A stretch of DNA of 63,995 nucleotides, counting the filler, from Octopus bimaculoides (lineage: Eukaryota): assembly GCF_001194135.2 (NCBI RefSeq). It is 7 parts of 7 records of this genome, joined end to end, with 100 filler letters (N's around TTAATTAATTAA, not from the genome) between each part and the next. Parts side by side here need not be neighbours in the genome. Positions count along the whole stretch, not along the records: positions 1 to 26,318 come from NC_068985.1; 6 more parts are not named here. One strand, 5' to 3'. The position numbers and the translations under genes are program-made. Numbering within the stretch: the first letter of the stretch is position 1; the number at the start of each line of letters is the position of its first letter. Below are positions 1 to 13,833 of the stretch, one piece after another. The notes under the pieces are model-generated. The model had not been told where the DNA came from, searched no databases, and saw only the letters and a list, made by a program, of their open reading frames with translations.

Positions 1-184
1 ATCCATACGATATTAATATACTTATGATATCATTACTATCGTTGTTTTGCTCTCATTCTTATTATAATTATAGACATTTCAAATACACACATACATACCT
101 AAAAATACACAAAAATACTCATGTGCACATATAAACATACATAAATACATGCATACATATATACACACACACACACACATTCAA

Positions 185-230
<46 letters not shown>

Positions 231-508
231 NNNNNNNNNNATATATATATATATATATGTGTATGTATGTATGTATATGTATATATATATCTGTCATGTA
301 GTTACTGAGGTTTGATAGGCATAGATCCATACGATATTAATATACTTATGATATCATTACTATCGTTGTTTTGCTCTCATTCTTATTATAATTATAGACA
401 TTTCAAATACACACATACATACCTAAAAATACACAAAAATACTCATGTGCACATATAAACATACATAAATACATGCATACATATATACACACACACACAC
501 ACATTCAA

Positions 509-564
<56 letters not shown>

Positions 565-770
565 GTACATATAAATGTACATATATACATAAGTGTCGGA
601 CAATGAAAACAACACTTTCATTTAACTGTTTTTTCCTTTCGGAGTATGACAAATTCATAACTCTCCAAATCTACTTGTCTTTTCATATCCATTATGTTTT
701 CCTATGACATCATAACAGAATACTCTGTTTTTCTTTTTCAATATTCATATTCAAATAATTCGAAATACCT

Positions 771-1599
771 GAATTATCTGATTCCGCAAGAAAACAGATT
801 GTTTGAGCGCGGATGGCCGGAACTTCAGTTAATAAAACTACTGAGTTGTTTAATGTTTTGCGAAGCTCAGTTTCAAAGTTCACGTAGGCATTCCAAAACC
901 AAGATAAAAAGCAGTTCTGTTAAATATAATTCTGAACAGAAGGCAAAGCTTACAGAGAGGGACTGTAAAATGATGAAACTTATTGTCTAAAAACCATCCA
1001 ACTACGGCAACAAAAATGACAGCAATGCTGTCATTTACTAACCCTGTGCTAACTAAAACCACTCATCACGAGTTCCATAAAGGTGGATATCATGGCAGGG
1101 CTGCAATTTCTAAGCCCCTCATGTTCCCCATCAACTTTGATAAGCGGAAAAAAAAAATCAGAAGTGATCAAATGGCTCAGTGGAAGAATGTCACTTTCTC
1201 TGATAAATTATCATTTAGCCATTTCTCCACTTTGGGGCGAGTTTTTATGTCTGGAGACAACCTAAAAAAACTTTTATCTTTGACTGTTTAGTCCCTACAG
1301 TGAAGCTTAGTGGTAGGTCTGTGATGATGTGGGCAACCATATCAAGGAATTATTTTGATTCTTTAGTTGTTCTACATGATAGAGTTAACGCCCAAAGATC
1401 ATCTGAGTGTTTTGTTTGATCATGTCCATTATGTAATACAAACATTGTCTTCTGATGGTAGCGCAATCTTCCAGGACGATTATGCTCCTATCCACATAGC
1501 AAATGTTATTCAAAATTGTTTCAAAGAGCACAAAAGTGAAGTACACCACAAGAATCAGCCCCACTAATCATCAGATCTTGATATAATCGAACACTTACG
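771..1599 (+). mobile_element. Degenerate Tc1-family (DD34E-type) transposase remnant
   Basis: Across stops and frameshifts it reads ELSDSARKQIV*ARMAGTSVNKTTELFNV (HTH), KLTERD, KNHPTTA, GRAAISKP, WKNVTFSD, CLVPTVK, IFQDDYAPIH and SSDLDIIEHL. These match the order and spacing of Tc1 transposase motifs. No TIRs found. Confidence 0.9.
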
Positions 1600-1604
1600 A
1601 TGAT

Positions 1605-2040
1605 TTATGGAGCAGCTTCCATCACGGCCTCAAGGCAGCTTCGAAACTTGGTGCATGCGTTTCTCACTGTGTCCCTGGGAAGATCTTTGAACACCTGCTT
1701 GATTTTGGGCACGGACTCGGCCTTGGTGTTACTGGCAGAGCAGGTGGTGCTTTTCTCAACTGCGCCCCCCCCCACACACAGTAATTCATGGTATTATAAT
1801 CAGGGAATTAGGAGGCCAGAAATTGGGGCCGTTGAAGCCGTAGAAATTCTTCGACAATCACTTCCGACTTTTTTCGGAGGTATGACTAGGAGCCGAACCC
1901 TACAACCGAATACATGGCCTTCCAGCAGCAACCCCCTTCAGTCAGCGTTTTACCACAGTCTCCAGCTCACAGTCCCCAGCAGCTTCGCATAGCCGTCTGA
2001 ATTGAGCCTAAGACTGTTCAAAGATATGGGCATGAGCTCC
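1605..2040 (-). mobile_element. C-terminal remnant of a second Tc1/mariner transposase (maT/DD37D-like)
   Basis: Minus strand reads LRLNSDGYAKLL, ETVVKR*LKGVAAGRP, GSAPSHTS, NFWPPNS, YCVWGAVE, IKQVFKDLPRDTVRNACTKFRSCLEAVMEA. The subfamily call is from recalled consensus. Confidence 0.8.
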
Positions 2041-3488
2041 GGCGTACAGACGCCGTCAGAACGCTTGCTGTGTCCCTTCCTGCTGGCCACAGCTTTGTAG
2101 TCCCCGTTGCAGCTGACCGTGTCACGTCTTATAGCTTTTATAGTGTTCAAAGAGCATTGAGCATTACACACACGCATAAACACACATTCACATACTCGCA
2201 CGCGCTCATGTAAACGAAGGATCATCTGCGTTGTCCCTCTGCTTGCTAGAAATAACAGCCAAATCAACCTGAAAGCACACTTTACTGCTTTAACGAAAAG
2301 GATACATTACATAAATAGCGATATAGCGTCTGGAACAAAATAAATGAATAAATAAATAAGTAAATAAACCAGAAGGTCACGGTTGGTTATAGCACTTTTG
2401 ATCATAGGTCAACTCTATCCGACTGACCTGGAGCTACGCAACAACAACAACAACGACAACAACACCAACAGCAGCAGCAGCAATAACAACAAGAACTATA
2501 ATTCAGCGGTGAGTTATTTATAGAAGACAATCTTGTCTGGAAAGCTGGGAAGATGAATGTAATTAAATATTCAATAAAATTCTATCAAATTGACAACTAC
2601 GTTAAAGATACGATGTGGAACAAGTACCGTTGTAAGAACAGCTTCAAAATGGCGGAAGATAGAAATGAAACAATGCAGATTTTATATAGAACGAATTTAT
2701 AGCATTCAATAAATAAATAAATGAAAATGAAAATATAAACTAAAAAAATATATATAAAAAAAAGAAGAAAATCAATAAGACATTGTTAAAGAATTTATGG
2801 TTTGGCTTTCCGAAAATGTATCAACAAATATGTTTAGGAATACGAGTCGTGTCGTGTCGCGTGCGTGTGCGCGTGCGTGTGAGTCTGTGTATTGACTCTT
2901 GGATACAGTCTTTTGTATTATGTTTGCGATGTTAAGCTATCATTTGCATCTATGTTCGAATTTACTCATGTGATGGATGATATGCTTTTAGAACACATAC
3001 GACCAAACACACATATAAGCGTACATATTCAGATGTATGTATGTATGTATGTATGTATGTATGTGCAGATTTGTATGTTTTATGTATGTATGTATTCTCA
3101 TGCATATAGTTACATATCTAGACGTGCTCATATATTTAAAGGATAAACTTCTGGAAAGTTTTACAGATTTTTACAGTTCCAGTGATGGATTGGATCTGTA
3201 GTCTTCGAATTAGCTTGTATGTATGTATGTATGTATGTATGTATGTCTGTCTGTATATATGTATGTATGTAAGCTATGTATGTATGTATGTAGGTAGGTA
3301 TGTATGTATGTATGTGCAGATTTGTATGTTTTATGTATGTATGTATTCTCATGCATATAGTTACATATCTAGACGTGCTCATATATTTAAATGATAAACT
3401 TCTGGAAAGTTTTACAGATTTTTACAGTTCCAGGGATGGATTGGATCTGTAGTCTTCGAATTAGCTTGTATGTATGTATGTATGTATG

Positions 3489-3519
<31 letters not shown>

Positions 3520-4074
3520 GCTATGTATGTATGTATGTATTTATGTATGTGTATGTGTGTATGTGAGTAGCTGCAACTAGAAAAATTCTCTCTGCGACAC
3601 GATCTTTGTCAGGGTTCCTCGCGGAAGTGTAGCACTCACCCATTCATGCAAGTCTCCCTCCTCCACGCTGCTGATTCTGGACAAAGGATACACAAGGGTC
3701 AATACACCTTGGCACGAGTGTCGTCACAGACGTTGGACCTCACGGCGCAAAGCGTTGGAACAGATATTACAAGGCGTCATCTTTGACGATCTAATAATTC
3801 TCCCAGTTCATTACAACTTTGAATCTTACTTTATCTAACTGGAAATAATGACGATTTGATCTCTGTACGATTTGAACTCAGAACGCTTAGAGCCTTACCA
3901 AGTATAGTCGTGGAATCTCCTCTCGTAGAAGACAGCTGAGGATTCTGTAATTTTTGCTGAGCAATCAGCGCAGATGATTTGTTAGTAGGGATCAAATGTT
4001 TGTGTTACAACACAAACACTGACACCGTCGAAACGACGTAGTGTTTACTGGTGCACAGTGTGCCACGCGTTGGA

Positions 4075-4208
4075 CGACGGAGTGATGGCAGAGCAACGTC
4101 AGATGACCTGTTTTGCTCTTGAATATAATTCACCGCCCGTTCCGGGAATCGAAACCACTATTGCGGTCGTGAGTGCAGCACTATAACCACTCGGTCACGC
4201 GTCCTCAA
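4075..4208 (-). mobile_element. tRNA-derived SINE head plus CORE-like domain (diverged)
   Basis: Minus strand has A-box-like TGACCGAGTGG and B-box GTTTCGATTCC, followed by a GAGCAAAAC...GTTGCTC CORE-like segment. Related minus-strand copies lie at about 21075-21277 and 21930-22123. Confidence 0.7.
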
Positions 4209-4857
4209 TAAACATAAATTGGACATAAGCGATCGTTGTATTCTTGTATTCTTTCTTTCTTGTCTTGAGGTTCACAGCCCAACGGCAGGATGGATTCGCG
4301 TGAAAAATGGCACACAGGTAGAGACGGGTCCATAGATGGTGCTGCCGTTTGTATTTTTTCCTTGCCCCCATAGTTACCGAGAAAATCGATTAAAACTTTT
4401 AAAGAAACTCTGGTTTTTAGATACGCCTTAGGTTAACATAAGTTTCAGTGATTATGATACACTTTGGATACTCACGATAGAATTATTTCAGTTGTATTGA
4501 TTACCTTGAAGCTTTTGGCCATTTTGTATGTGGGCTATTTTGATTGCGTTAGATATTTTTATCTCTTTTTTTAATTGTGAATTCGATAAATAGGAGATTA
4601 TTTTTTAAAACAAACCAGTTGTAAGAAAAACGTAATCACAACAACCCAAGTGAAACCGGGGAAAAAAGGCTAGTGTTATATAAACAGTGAATTGATATTT
4701 CCTGTAATGTATGCAGTATAAACCTCTGTCTTCGGTTAACTCGGACTATCGGCTAAAGCAGACACACTTTCCCATTTAACCGAGAATTCACTGTGTGTGT
4801 GCATGTGTGTGTATGTGTGTGTGTGACTGTGTGACTGTGTGACTCTGTGTGTATGCA

Positions 4858-4937
<80 letters not shown>

Positions 4938-5207
4938 CGCGTGCGCGTGCGTGTGTTTGTTATGTCTGCTTTGAGATAGGGGTGGATACAGATTTTGCAT
5001 CATGCGCGTCTGTAATTTTAATGCTGTAATGTTCCATATACCGTGCTCTAAAATTATGAAAGTAGCTAATTGACTAGATAACATGTCGGATTGATTGATA
5101 ATTACAGTAATTTTCAATTAGCGGATGAAATACACCAGCGGTGAACTTAAAACAAACGTACTAAATATTTCTTCGCTTATTTGAACCTGCTGGTTAGAGC
5201 ACATACA

Positions 5208-5239
<32 letters not shown>

Positions 5240-5567
5240 CACACACACACACATACATACATACATACATACACACATTACTACTTATACACACATATCT
5301 TATTACATACATACGTTCATACATACAAACACACGTGTGTAAAAATTATATATACACACACATATACATGCATACATAGATATTCATGCATACACACATA
5401 CACACATACATGCATATATACAAACGTACATACATACACACATGCATGAATACATACACTGATATATCTGCAAAGAACTCAAAGAAATGCACAAAAGATA
5501 CACACATATGTAAATAAATATTGAAGGCGTATGATGTAGTTCATTTAAAAGAGAACAAGAAGGAACT

Positions 5568-5610
<43 letters not shown>

Positions 5611-6092
5611 NNNNNNNNNNNNNNNNNNNNNNNNNNNNNNNNNNNNNNNNNNNNNNNNNNNNNNNNNNNNNNNNNNNNNNNNNNNNNNNNNNNNNNNNNN
5701 NNNNNNNNNNNNNNNNNNNNNNNNNNNNNNNNNNNNNNNNNNNNNNNNNNNNNNNNNNNNNNNNNNNNNNNNNNNNNNNNNNNNNNNNNNNNNNNNNNNN
5801 NNNNNNNNNNNNNNNNNNNNNNNNNNNNNNNNNNNNNNNNNNNNNNNNNNNNNNNNNNNNNNNNNNNNNNNNNNNNNNNNNNNNNNNNNNNNNNNNNNNN
5901 NNNNNNNNNNNNNNNNNNNNNNNNNNNNNNNNNNNNNNNNNNNNNNNNNNNNNNNNNNNNNNNNNNNNNNNNNNNNNNNNNNNNNNNNNNNNNNNNNNNN
6001 NNNNNNNNNNNNNNNNNNNNNNNNNNNNNNNNNNNNNNNNNNNNNNNNNNNNNNNNNNNNNNNNNNNNNNNNNNNNNNNNNNNNNNNNNNNN

Positions 6093-6413
6093 TCCCAGAC
6101 TGGGCGTTGTGAGTGTTTATTGAGCGAAAACACCTAAAGCTGCACGAGGCTCCGGCAGGGGATGGTGGCGAACCCTGCTGTACTCTTTCACCGCAACTTT
6201 CTCTCACACTTACTTCCTGTTTCTGTTGTGCCTGTAATTCAAAGGGTCAGCCTTGTCACACTGTGTCACGCTGAATATCCCCGAGAACTACGTTAAGGGT
6301 ACACGTGTCTGTGGAGTGCTCAGCCACTTGCACGTTAATTTCACGAGCAGGCTGTTCCGTTGATTGGATCAACTGGAACCCTCGACGTCGTAAGCGACGG
6401 AGTGCCAACAACA
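6093..6413 (+). mobile_element. SINE family A copy (5' end lost in gap)
   Basis: Near-identical to the copies at 11904-12285 and 17177-17558; ends in a CAA-repeat tail. Confidence 0.9.
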
Positions 6414-6830
6414 ATTGCGGTCAAATAGAAACTCCCCCTGTTGGCTAGCGAGGTGGGGTGGCTGTTGCAGTGAGAGTCGCTGGCAATTCTCCGCAGCAAC
6501 GCCATCACTGTCATATCTGCAAGGTGCGGATGAACACACTTTTTGTTCTAGGGGTGTACTCCCCACCCATCTTATGCTGCTTATCCCACTTTGCTTTTTC
6601 TTTGTTTCTTCGTAATTAAATAATGATCCAGTCTTTATATAAATGAAACAATTATAGTATTTAATAGTTTTGGATTTATGTTCGTGTATCAACGGTACTA
6701 ATTTTTAGTAAGTAGTGAAGCGCTGTTTTATACATGATCGTCTCACGTTGCAGTTGTTTAGTCGTTGGGCAACCCTTTGCCGGCCCCTGTCATAATCAAG
6801 GGTTTCATGTCATTATTATCCCATTTATAA

Positions 6831-7046
6831 AAGTGTTGAGCAGGCAGAATCGTTAACGCGCCGAACAAAATGCTCAGCGTCATTCTACGGGCATCAGTTT
6901 ACATCCTGAGTTCAAATTCCCCCAAAGTCAACTTTACTTTTCATCCCTTCGGGGTTGATAAAATAAGTACCAATTGAGCACTGGGGTCGATATAATGGGT
7001 TAGTTCCCTTCCCTCAAAACTGCTGGCCGTGTGCGAAAATTAGAAA
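6831..7046 (+). mobile_element. SINE family C copy (GGCAGAATCGTTAGC head; CCTTTCATCCTTTCGGGGTCGATAAAATAAGTACCAG central domain)
   Basis: About 20 related copies occur in the window, e.g. 11320-11835, 24547-24770, 25277-25492, 31365-31548, 48925-50112, 50880-51130, 54455-54632 and 60265-60868. A B-box-like GAGTTCAAATTCC is present. Confidence 0.85.
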
Positions 7047-9436
7047 AAAAATTATTCCAATTATATATTCTAGACATAGGATAACTATGGTTTATAATGT
7101 TATTTTTTTCAGATTGATAGGGTGTAAGTTAAGGTACATTTTCCTATTATTTCTAGCGGGTCAAGCGACCCTAAAAGTTTTCTAATTGGCCAAAGATTCG
7201 TTTCATGTTGATATAAATATGGTTATGTGTATATATTTTGCATCGTAGTTTGAAAATGTTTTGTGTTGTATGGTACTTGTACTGAATACAGAGATACGTC
7301 CAACTCTGATTAAGACAAATTTTGAACATTGGAATCTTGTGAAGTATGACAGTTCATAATTTCTAACACCATCATGGGAATCCGCTTTTATTACTAGAAA
7401 AATCTACCCAAAGATGCTGAGTACCACAACTAAAATGGCTTCCTACTTTGAATAAGAACATTGCCCAACAATATAAGAGTGTCGCAGACTTCTCTGAAAA
7501 GCCATTACCACAGTTCTATTGGAAATATATAAATCCATATAATAATAAAATCATCAAATTTAAAATTTAGTTAATATATATTTGTGTATATTATCCCTTT
7601 GCCTTGTGTATCACTTGTAATACAGAGGATATATTTCTCTGCATCATATATAATACATATATGATCACAAATGCCCATGCATTATATATCACACAACTTC
7701 CTAGTGTTTTTCAACCACCAGAATAATTTGGGATTTATATAATTTGCGATTTATTCAGAATATATGAAGCAAAGGCTAGTTTAAAGTCCGAAAACAAGCA
7801 TGGATGATTAGGACGAATTTATGAAAATGCTTTGGACTGACAAAAGGTTGAATAAATAACATTTTCTTCATTCATCAATTTGCTAAGCATTCGTTCCGGA
7901 AGAATAAAACCTAGACCTATTATTATTCAAGCTAAGATGTATATCATTGTTCTATCATTGTGTTAAATTAAAACAAAAATTAGACAAGGCTGGCACAGAG
8001 TAAACGAGAACAAACGAGAAAATAATACAAGCAATGGCAGATAGATGTGCGTCGTGTGTTCTTTCCGTTTTAATTAAGAGAAAACCATGTTTTAGGAGAC
8101 AATCATTTTGGAGGAAATTGCTTCTGGCTACGAGTCGTCTGCTGGATTTAACGTGGTTTGTAGTGTTTATCAATTTATCAATTCGTCAATTAACACCGGC
8201 CTTTCTTAAAATCTGTCAATGCTGAAGATATAATTCAACGCCAGACTTGTTGGTAAGATGGCGTCCGTCGTGTACATCTTAAATTATTGTTTGAAGGTGT
8301 GCGTCTGCGTACGCGCACGCGTGTGTATGTGGTGAGCTGTGTCTATGTGTATGTATGTATGTGTGTGGTTTGTGTATTACATATTTATGGGAGTTGTGTC
8401 TTGTGTGTGTGTGTGTAGTGTGGTGGAGTGTGTCTGTAGTTAGTGTATGTATGTGTGTTTATATATATATGTGTGTGTATGTGTATGTGTATGTATATGT
8501 GTGTGTTGTTTGGCAAGATGTGGAGGTGTTGATGGTGGTGGCGTGTGTGTCTCCTTGTCTGTGTTCTCAATGACATTGGTATAAATAAATAAGTAAAGGG
8601 CGGGTTAAAGATAAGAAGTAAAGCGAGACATTGAAGGGACAGAAAAGGGGAATGTGTGTGTGTATACAAAAGTGTGTGTGTATCTGTGTGTGTATGTGCA
8701 TGAATGTGAGTGTGTGTGTGGGGGGGTGCGTGTACGTGCGTGCGCGCGCGCGCGTGTATGTGTGTGTATGGAAAAGGGACAGAGAGAAAGAGAATGGGAG
8801 AGAGAAAGAGAGAAAGAAAGAAAGACAGAGGAAGAGAGAAAGAGAGATTGTGGGTGATAAATGTTCCATGTGATATTCCGCTTCCTCAAATCGTCTCAGG
8901 ACATTCTAGAGTATGGCTCCCGACATAGATAGAAAGAGAGATAGATTAGTGGCGTGAGAAAGACTGGACGAAAGCGATAGGTGAAAGAAAGAGAGGAGAG
9001 AGAAAGAGACAAGAGAAAGGGGGTGAGAGAGAGAGAGAGGAGGGGAAGAAATGAATGAGAAAAAATTACTAAAAGAACAACAAAAACGAACGCATGAGAA
9101 AGAAACACAGATATATAAATAGACATACATAGATTCATTTATTGGTAAACATACACATTCACACACTTACACACACACACTTACACACACACACACACAT
9201 ACAATTATAAGTAGATACATATATTTATTGACAAACAGACACTCACATAGTTATAGATAGGTAGCTAGCTAGATAGACAAACAGCTATCTAACTAGTTAG
9301 CTGGCTAGCTGGTTAGCTTGAAAGATATGTAGAGAGACAGACAGATATATTTCCTGACAAGCATACAAATACACGCGCGCGTAAACACATACACACACAG
9401 AATTACAGATATATAGACAGAAAGACATATAGATAG

Positions 9437-9467
<31 letters not shown>

Positions 9468-11024
9468 GATAGATATATAGATACATTTCTTTTATTAGCC
9501 ACACAGGGCTCAACGAAGATGGGACAAATACAATGTAGAGCTTTTCTTTTTGGGAGGGGAAAAANNNNNNNNNNNNNNNNNNNNNNNNNNNNNNNNNNNN
9601 NNNNNNNNNNNNNNNNNNNNNNNNNNNNNNNNNNNNNNNNNNNNNNNNNNNNNNNNNNNNNNNNNNNNNNNNNNNNNNNNNNNNNNNNNNNNNNNNNNNN
9701 NNNNNNNNNNNNNNNNNNNNNNNNNNNNNNNNNNNNNNNNNNNNNNNNNNNNNNNNNNNNNNNNNNNNNNNNNNNNNNNNNNNNNNNNNNNNNNNNNNNN
9801 NNNNNNNNNNNNNNNNNNNNNNNNNNNNNNNNNNNNNNNNNNNNNNNNNNNNNNNNNNNNNNNNNNNNNNNNNNNNNNNNNNNNNNNNNNNNNNNNNNNN
9901 NNNNNNNNNNNNNNNNNNNNNNNNNNNNNNNNNNNNNNNNNNNNNNNNNNNNNNNNNNNNNNNNNNNNNNNNNNNNNNNNNNNNNNNNNNNNNNNNNNNN
10001 NNNNNNNNNNNNNNNNNNNNNNNNNNNNNNNNNNNNNNNNNNNNNNNNNNNNNNNNNNNNNNNNNNNNNNNNNNNNNNNNNNNNNNNNNNNNNNNNNNNN
10101 NNNNNNNNNNNNNNNNNNNNNNNNNNNNNNNNNNNNNNNNNNNNNNNNNNNNNNNNNNNNNNNNNNNNNNNNNNNNNNNNNNNNNNNNNNNNNNNNNNNN
10201 NNNNNNNNNNNNNNNNNNNNNNNNNNNNNNNNNNNNNNNNNNNNNNNNNNNNNNNNNNNNNNNNNNNNNNNNNNNNNNNNNNNNNNNNNNNNNNNNNNNN
10301 NNNNNNNNNNNNNNNNNNNNNNNNNNNNNNNNNNNNNNNNNNNNNNNNNNNNNNNNNNNNNNNNNNNNNNNNNNNNNNNNNNNNNNNNNNNNNNNNNNNN
10401 NNNNNNNNNNNNNNNNNNNNNNNNNNNNNNNNNNNNNNNNNNNNNGGAGAGATAAAGAGAGTGAGAAAATAAGACGAGAAAAAGAAAAAAGCAAGAAAAG
10501 GATGCAAGATTGAAAGATGGGAGAGAGAGAGAGAGTGTGTATAAGAGAGAAAATGAGGGAGAGAGAGAGAGAGAGAGATTAAGATAAGAGGGAGAGAAAG
10601 AAAGGAAGCGAATGAAAGCGAAAAAGACTGCGAAGAGTGCGGGAGAGTAAGGTGTGAGTAAGAGAGAGAGAGAGGGGGAGAGCGGGAGAGAGAGGAGAGA
10701 AGTAGAAGGGAATATGTGAAAACAAACTGTAATGAAGAAGGTAATGGGAGAATTTTAACGTCGATCTAATTTTCATTTCTTTTGATCCCGGACAGCAACG
10801 CTCTTGCTCTTTCCGAAAATTCCAAAAGCAAAGTTTCACTGTATAGCGACAGTTATTATATATATATATAAAAAAAAGTGAAAAAAAACAAAACAAAAAG
10901 AAACAAAAATGGAAACCCGAGGAAGGAAGGGAGAACACTTTGCTATGGAAATTAAAATGGCAAATTGATCAGAGAGAAAAATGATCAGAGAGCACTTAAT
11001 TAGAAGAATATTTGAAAACATGCT

Positions 11025-11064
<40 letters not shown>

Positions 11065-11319
11065 TTGTTTTGCTTTTTAGGCATATGAGTAGTGAAGGTC
11101 GTTGTCTCCATCGTCATCGGCGCCGACACCGACACCACCGCCACCGCCGCCACCCCCGTCGCCCTCACCACTGTCGTCGTCGTCTTTGTTTAGCACCATG
11201 TTAGTCCTGACGAGCAAATTATAATCAAAAGGGTTCGATCCAAGACCATCGGCTTGTTTGTTCACTGTCCTTTTCTCCTTCAGTAACAGTTTTAAATTTT
11301 TGCTCGAGGCCAGAACTTC

Positions 11320-11835
11320 TTAGTTAGAGTAAGGTTTGAGATTTTAGGGAATGAGGTTAGCCGATTACGTCGACCCCGTTGCTCAACTGGTACTTTTTTC
11401 ATCGACCCAGAAAAAATGAAAAGCAAACTCGGTCTCAAAGGAATATGAACTCGGACAATTTTTTTCTACTATAATCACAGTCTGAAATTTTGGGGAAGGG
11501 GCGAAAGTAGTTGATTACATTGACCCCAGTGTTCAACCGGTACTTATATTATCGAATTCCGAAAGGATGAAAGGCAAAGTCAACCTCAATGGGATTTGAA
11601 CTCAGAACGTAAAGAGCCGAAGAAATTCCTCGAAGTATTTTGTCCAGCGCTTTAACGACGGTGCCAACTCAGCATTTTTATCTCCTTTAATAATCCTCTC
11701 TACTATAGATAGACCCAAGGCCTAAAATCCCGGGGGACGGAGATAATCGATTACGTCAATCCCGGTGCTCAATTGGTACTTATTTTATCGACTCCAAAAG
11801 ACGAAAGACAAAGTTGCCCACGGCGGTATTGTCAA
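11320..11835 (-). mobile_element. Three tandem head-to-tail SINE family C copies
   Basis: The TACATCGACCCCAGT...GGTAC...ATCGAC...GAAAG segment recurs three times in the same orientation, about 190-230 bp apart. Confidence 0.8.
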
Positions 11836-11903
11836 CTTTGCCTTTCATTTTTTCGGAAACCAAATTTGATGACTAATTTAGTGTAGATATACACTGAACT
11901 TAT

Positions 11904-12285
11904 GTCAGGTGCAATGGCCCAGTGGTTAGGGCAGGGGACTCGCGGTCATAGGATCGCGGTTTCGATTCCCAGACCGGGCGTTGTGAGTGTTTATTGAGCG
12001 AAAATGCCTAAAAGCTCCACGAGGCTCCGGCAGGGGATGGTGGCGAACCCTGCTGTACTCTTCCGCCACAACTTTCTCTCACTCTTTCTTCCTGTTTCTG
12101 TTGTACATGTATTTCAAAGGGCCAGCCTTGTCACACTGTGTCACGCTGAATATCCCCGAGAACTACGTTAAGGGTACACGTGTCTGTGGAGTGCTCAGCC
12201 ACTTGCACGTTAATTTCACGAGCAGGCTGTTCCGTTGATCGAATCGACTGGAACCCTCGATGTCGTAAGCGACGGAGTTTCAACA
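11904..12285 (+). mobile_element. Full-length tRNA-derived SINE family A with 13-bp TSD
   Basis: A-box TGGCCCAGTGG and B-box GTTTCGATTCC. TSD is ACACTGAACTTAT (11891-11903) / ACACTAAACTTAT (12286-12298). Confidence 0.9.
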
Positions 12286-12361
12286 ACACTAAACTTATAT
12301 ACACTAATTTTTATTGGTTGATTACGTGTAGAACAGAATTAGATTTTATAAAGCTTCACAT

Positions 12362-12407
<46 letters not shown>

Positions 12408-12741
12408 GAGTGGTGACAGAGAAAAGATTATTGAAAGAAATAAGAATTGAAATATAATTCTATTTGTACTAAAGAAGAGCAACTTTTGAGATTTGTTCTT
12501 TAGATAGTTTAGTAGTACAAGAAGTATTTGAATAAGCCAATCATACATGGCAGCTAGGAATCATCTGAAAGAGAAAGCTTTGACGCTATTAAAAAGTCAT
12601 GACATGCATAAAGTCCCCCATTACCCACGTTTCTACGCAACCGTTTCCTATGTCTACCTAATTCTCCTTCACATTGCTTCACTTGCCAAAGGAACAGCCT
12701 GCCAAAAAACTATATCAAATCAGAAAGAACCAACGTAAACC

Positions 12742-12785
12742 ACAGTCTGATAACGGCGAGCAAGCCGAAACTTCGAAGATACTGT
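12742..12785 (+). ncRNA. Degenerate minimal type I hammerhead motif
   Basis: ACAGT-CTGATAA-C-GGC gagcaa GCC-GAAA-CTTCGAAG-AT-ACTGT. Stem I is 5 bp, stem II 3 bp, stem III palindromic. Deviations: G8>A and U16.1>A. Confidence 0.5.
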
Positions 12786-13366
12786 CAGTATTTTTTTGTG
12801 TGTGTTTATACACATATTCTTGGGTATAGTTGAGTGCTACAACCTAGAGTTCAGGCCTCGACCTCACTACGTTGGCATCTTGGGTAAGTGTCTTCTACTT
12901 TTACATCGTGCCTTGTTAGTAATCGGTGGTAATGGGCGTCTGTGAGGGAATCTATCGTGTATATATATAAATATGTATGCATGCATACAGACACATACAC
13001 TGACGCATACATACAGACATAAACACACACGCACACACGAAACCTACGTGTAGGCATATAAACATGTCAAATTTACTTAATGTCCGTAGATTGAAAAATG
13101 ATGAACTGCCTTAATAAATTTTTGACGTTTAATGTGGCCTCATCAGAGAAACAAGTAACCTATCCAGTAATATTACAGTAATATTACACATTAAAGAATC
13201 CATAATATGTGATGCAGCTATACTGTACCCTCTCACTCCCTAATATATATATATTTATTTACATACTGAGGATAATAAATTGAGTATTAATTTAATTAAC
13301 ATCATTTTAAAACCAGTGGCCTAGCATATAAAAAAAGCTGAAAATTCAGAAAAATTGTATCACATG

Positions 13367-13583
13367 CGTATAAGAATGGATGACCACTAAGTGGACATCC
13401 GATATGCTAGAAAGAGGTCATCAACCACCCAACCACAAAGAAAAATAATGTTCTCCAGAAAAAATTCACCAAACACCAGAACATAAGCGGGCAAGATAAA
13501 ATGAAAAATATACAAAATAAAGAATTAAATTACCTCTTTCTAGCATATCGGATGTCCACTTAGTGGTCATCCCTTCTTATACG
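13367..13583. mobile_element. MITE-like element with ~54-bp inverted repeats
   Basis: CGTATAAGAATGGATGACCACTAAGTGGACATCCGATATGCTAGAAAGAGGT is mirrored at the right end; the core is AT-rich; TA dinucleotides lie at the ends. Confidence 0.75.
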
Positions 13584-13785
13584 TATATATATATATATAT
13601 GTTAGATAGAAGAATATGAATAGAGATATTGTTTACATTATGTTACAAACGTTTCCATTGAGTAGTTTCTTTTATTTGCTTGATAATATATTATCATGTA
13701 ACCAGACCATTTCATCTGACATCCATGTACAATTGACAGATGTATTGATCAGCAGACACACAAACATATAAACATATAAATAAAA

Positions 13786-13833
<48 letters not shown>

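Noticed and set aside
1-560. Direct repeat 1-230 / 325-560 (also 53564-53612 / 53624-53672 and 19851-20059 / 20350-20560)
   Set aside because: Identical copies flank an N gap, the typical signature of unmerged contig overlaps.
2646-2656. AAAATGGCGG YY1-like motif
   Set aside because: An isolated short motif with no promoter context or downstream gene.
13110-13150. Minus-strand CTGATGA-GGC..GTC-AAAAATTT hammerhead-like string (also 4015-4050, 23555-23585 and 34544-34590)
   Set aside because: Each lacks GAAA and/or a pairable stem I, which is within what chance could give.
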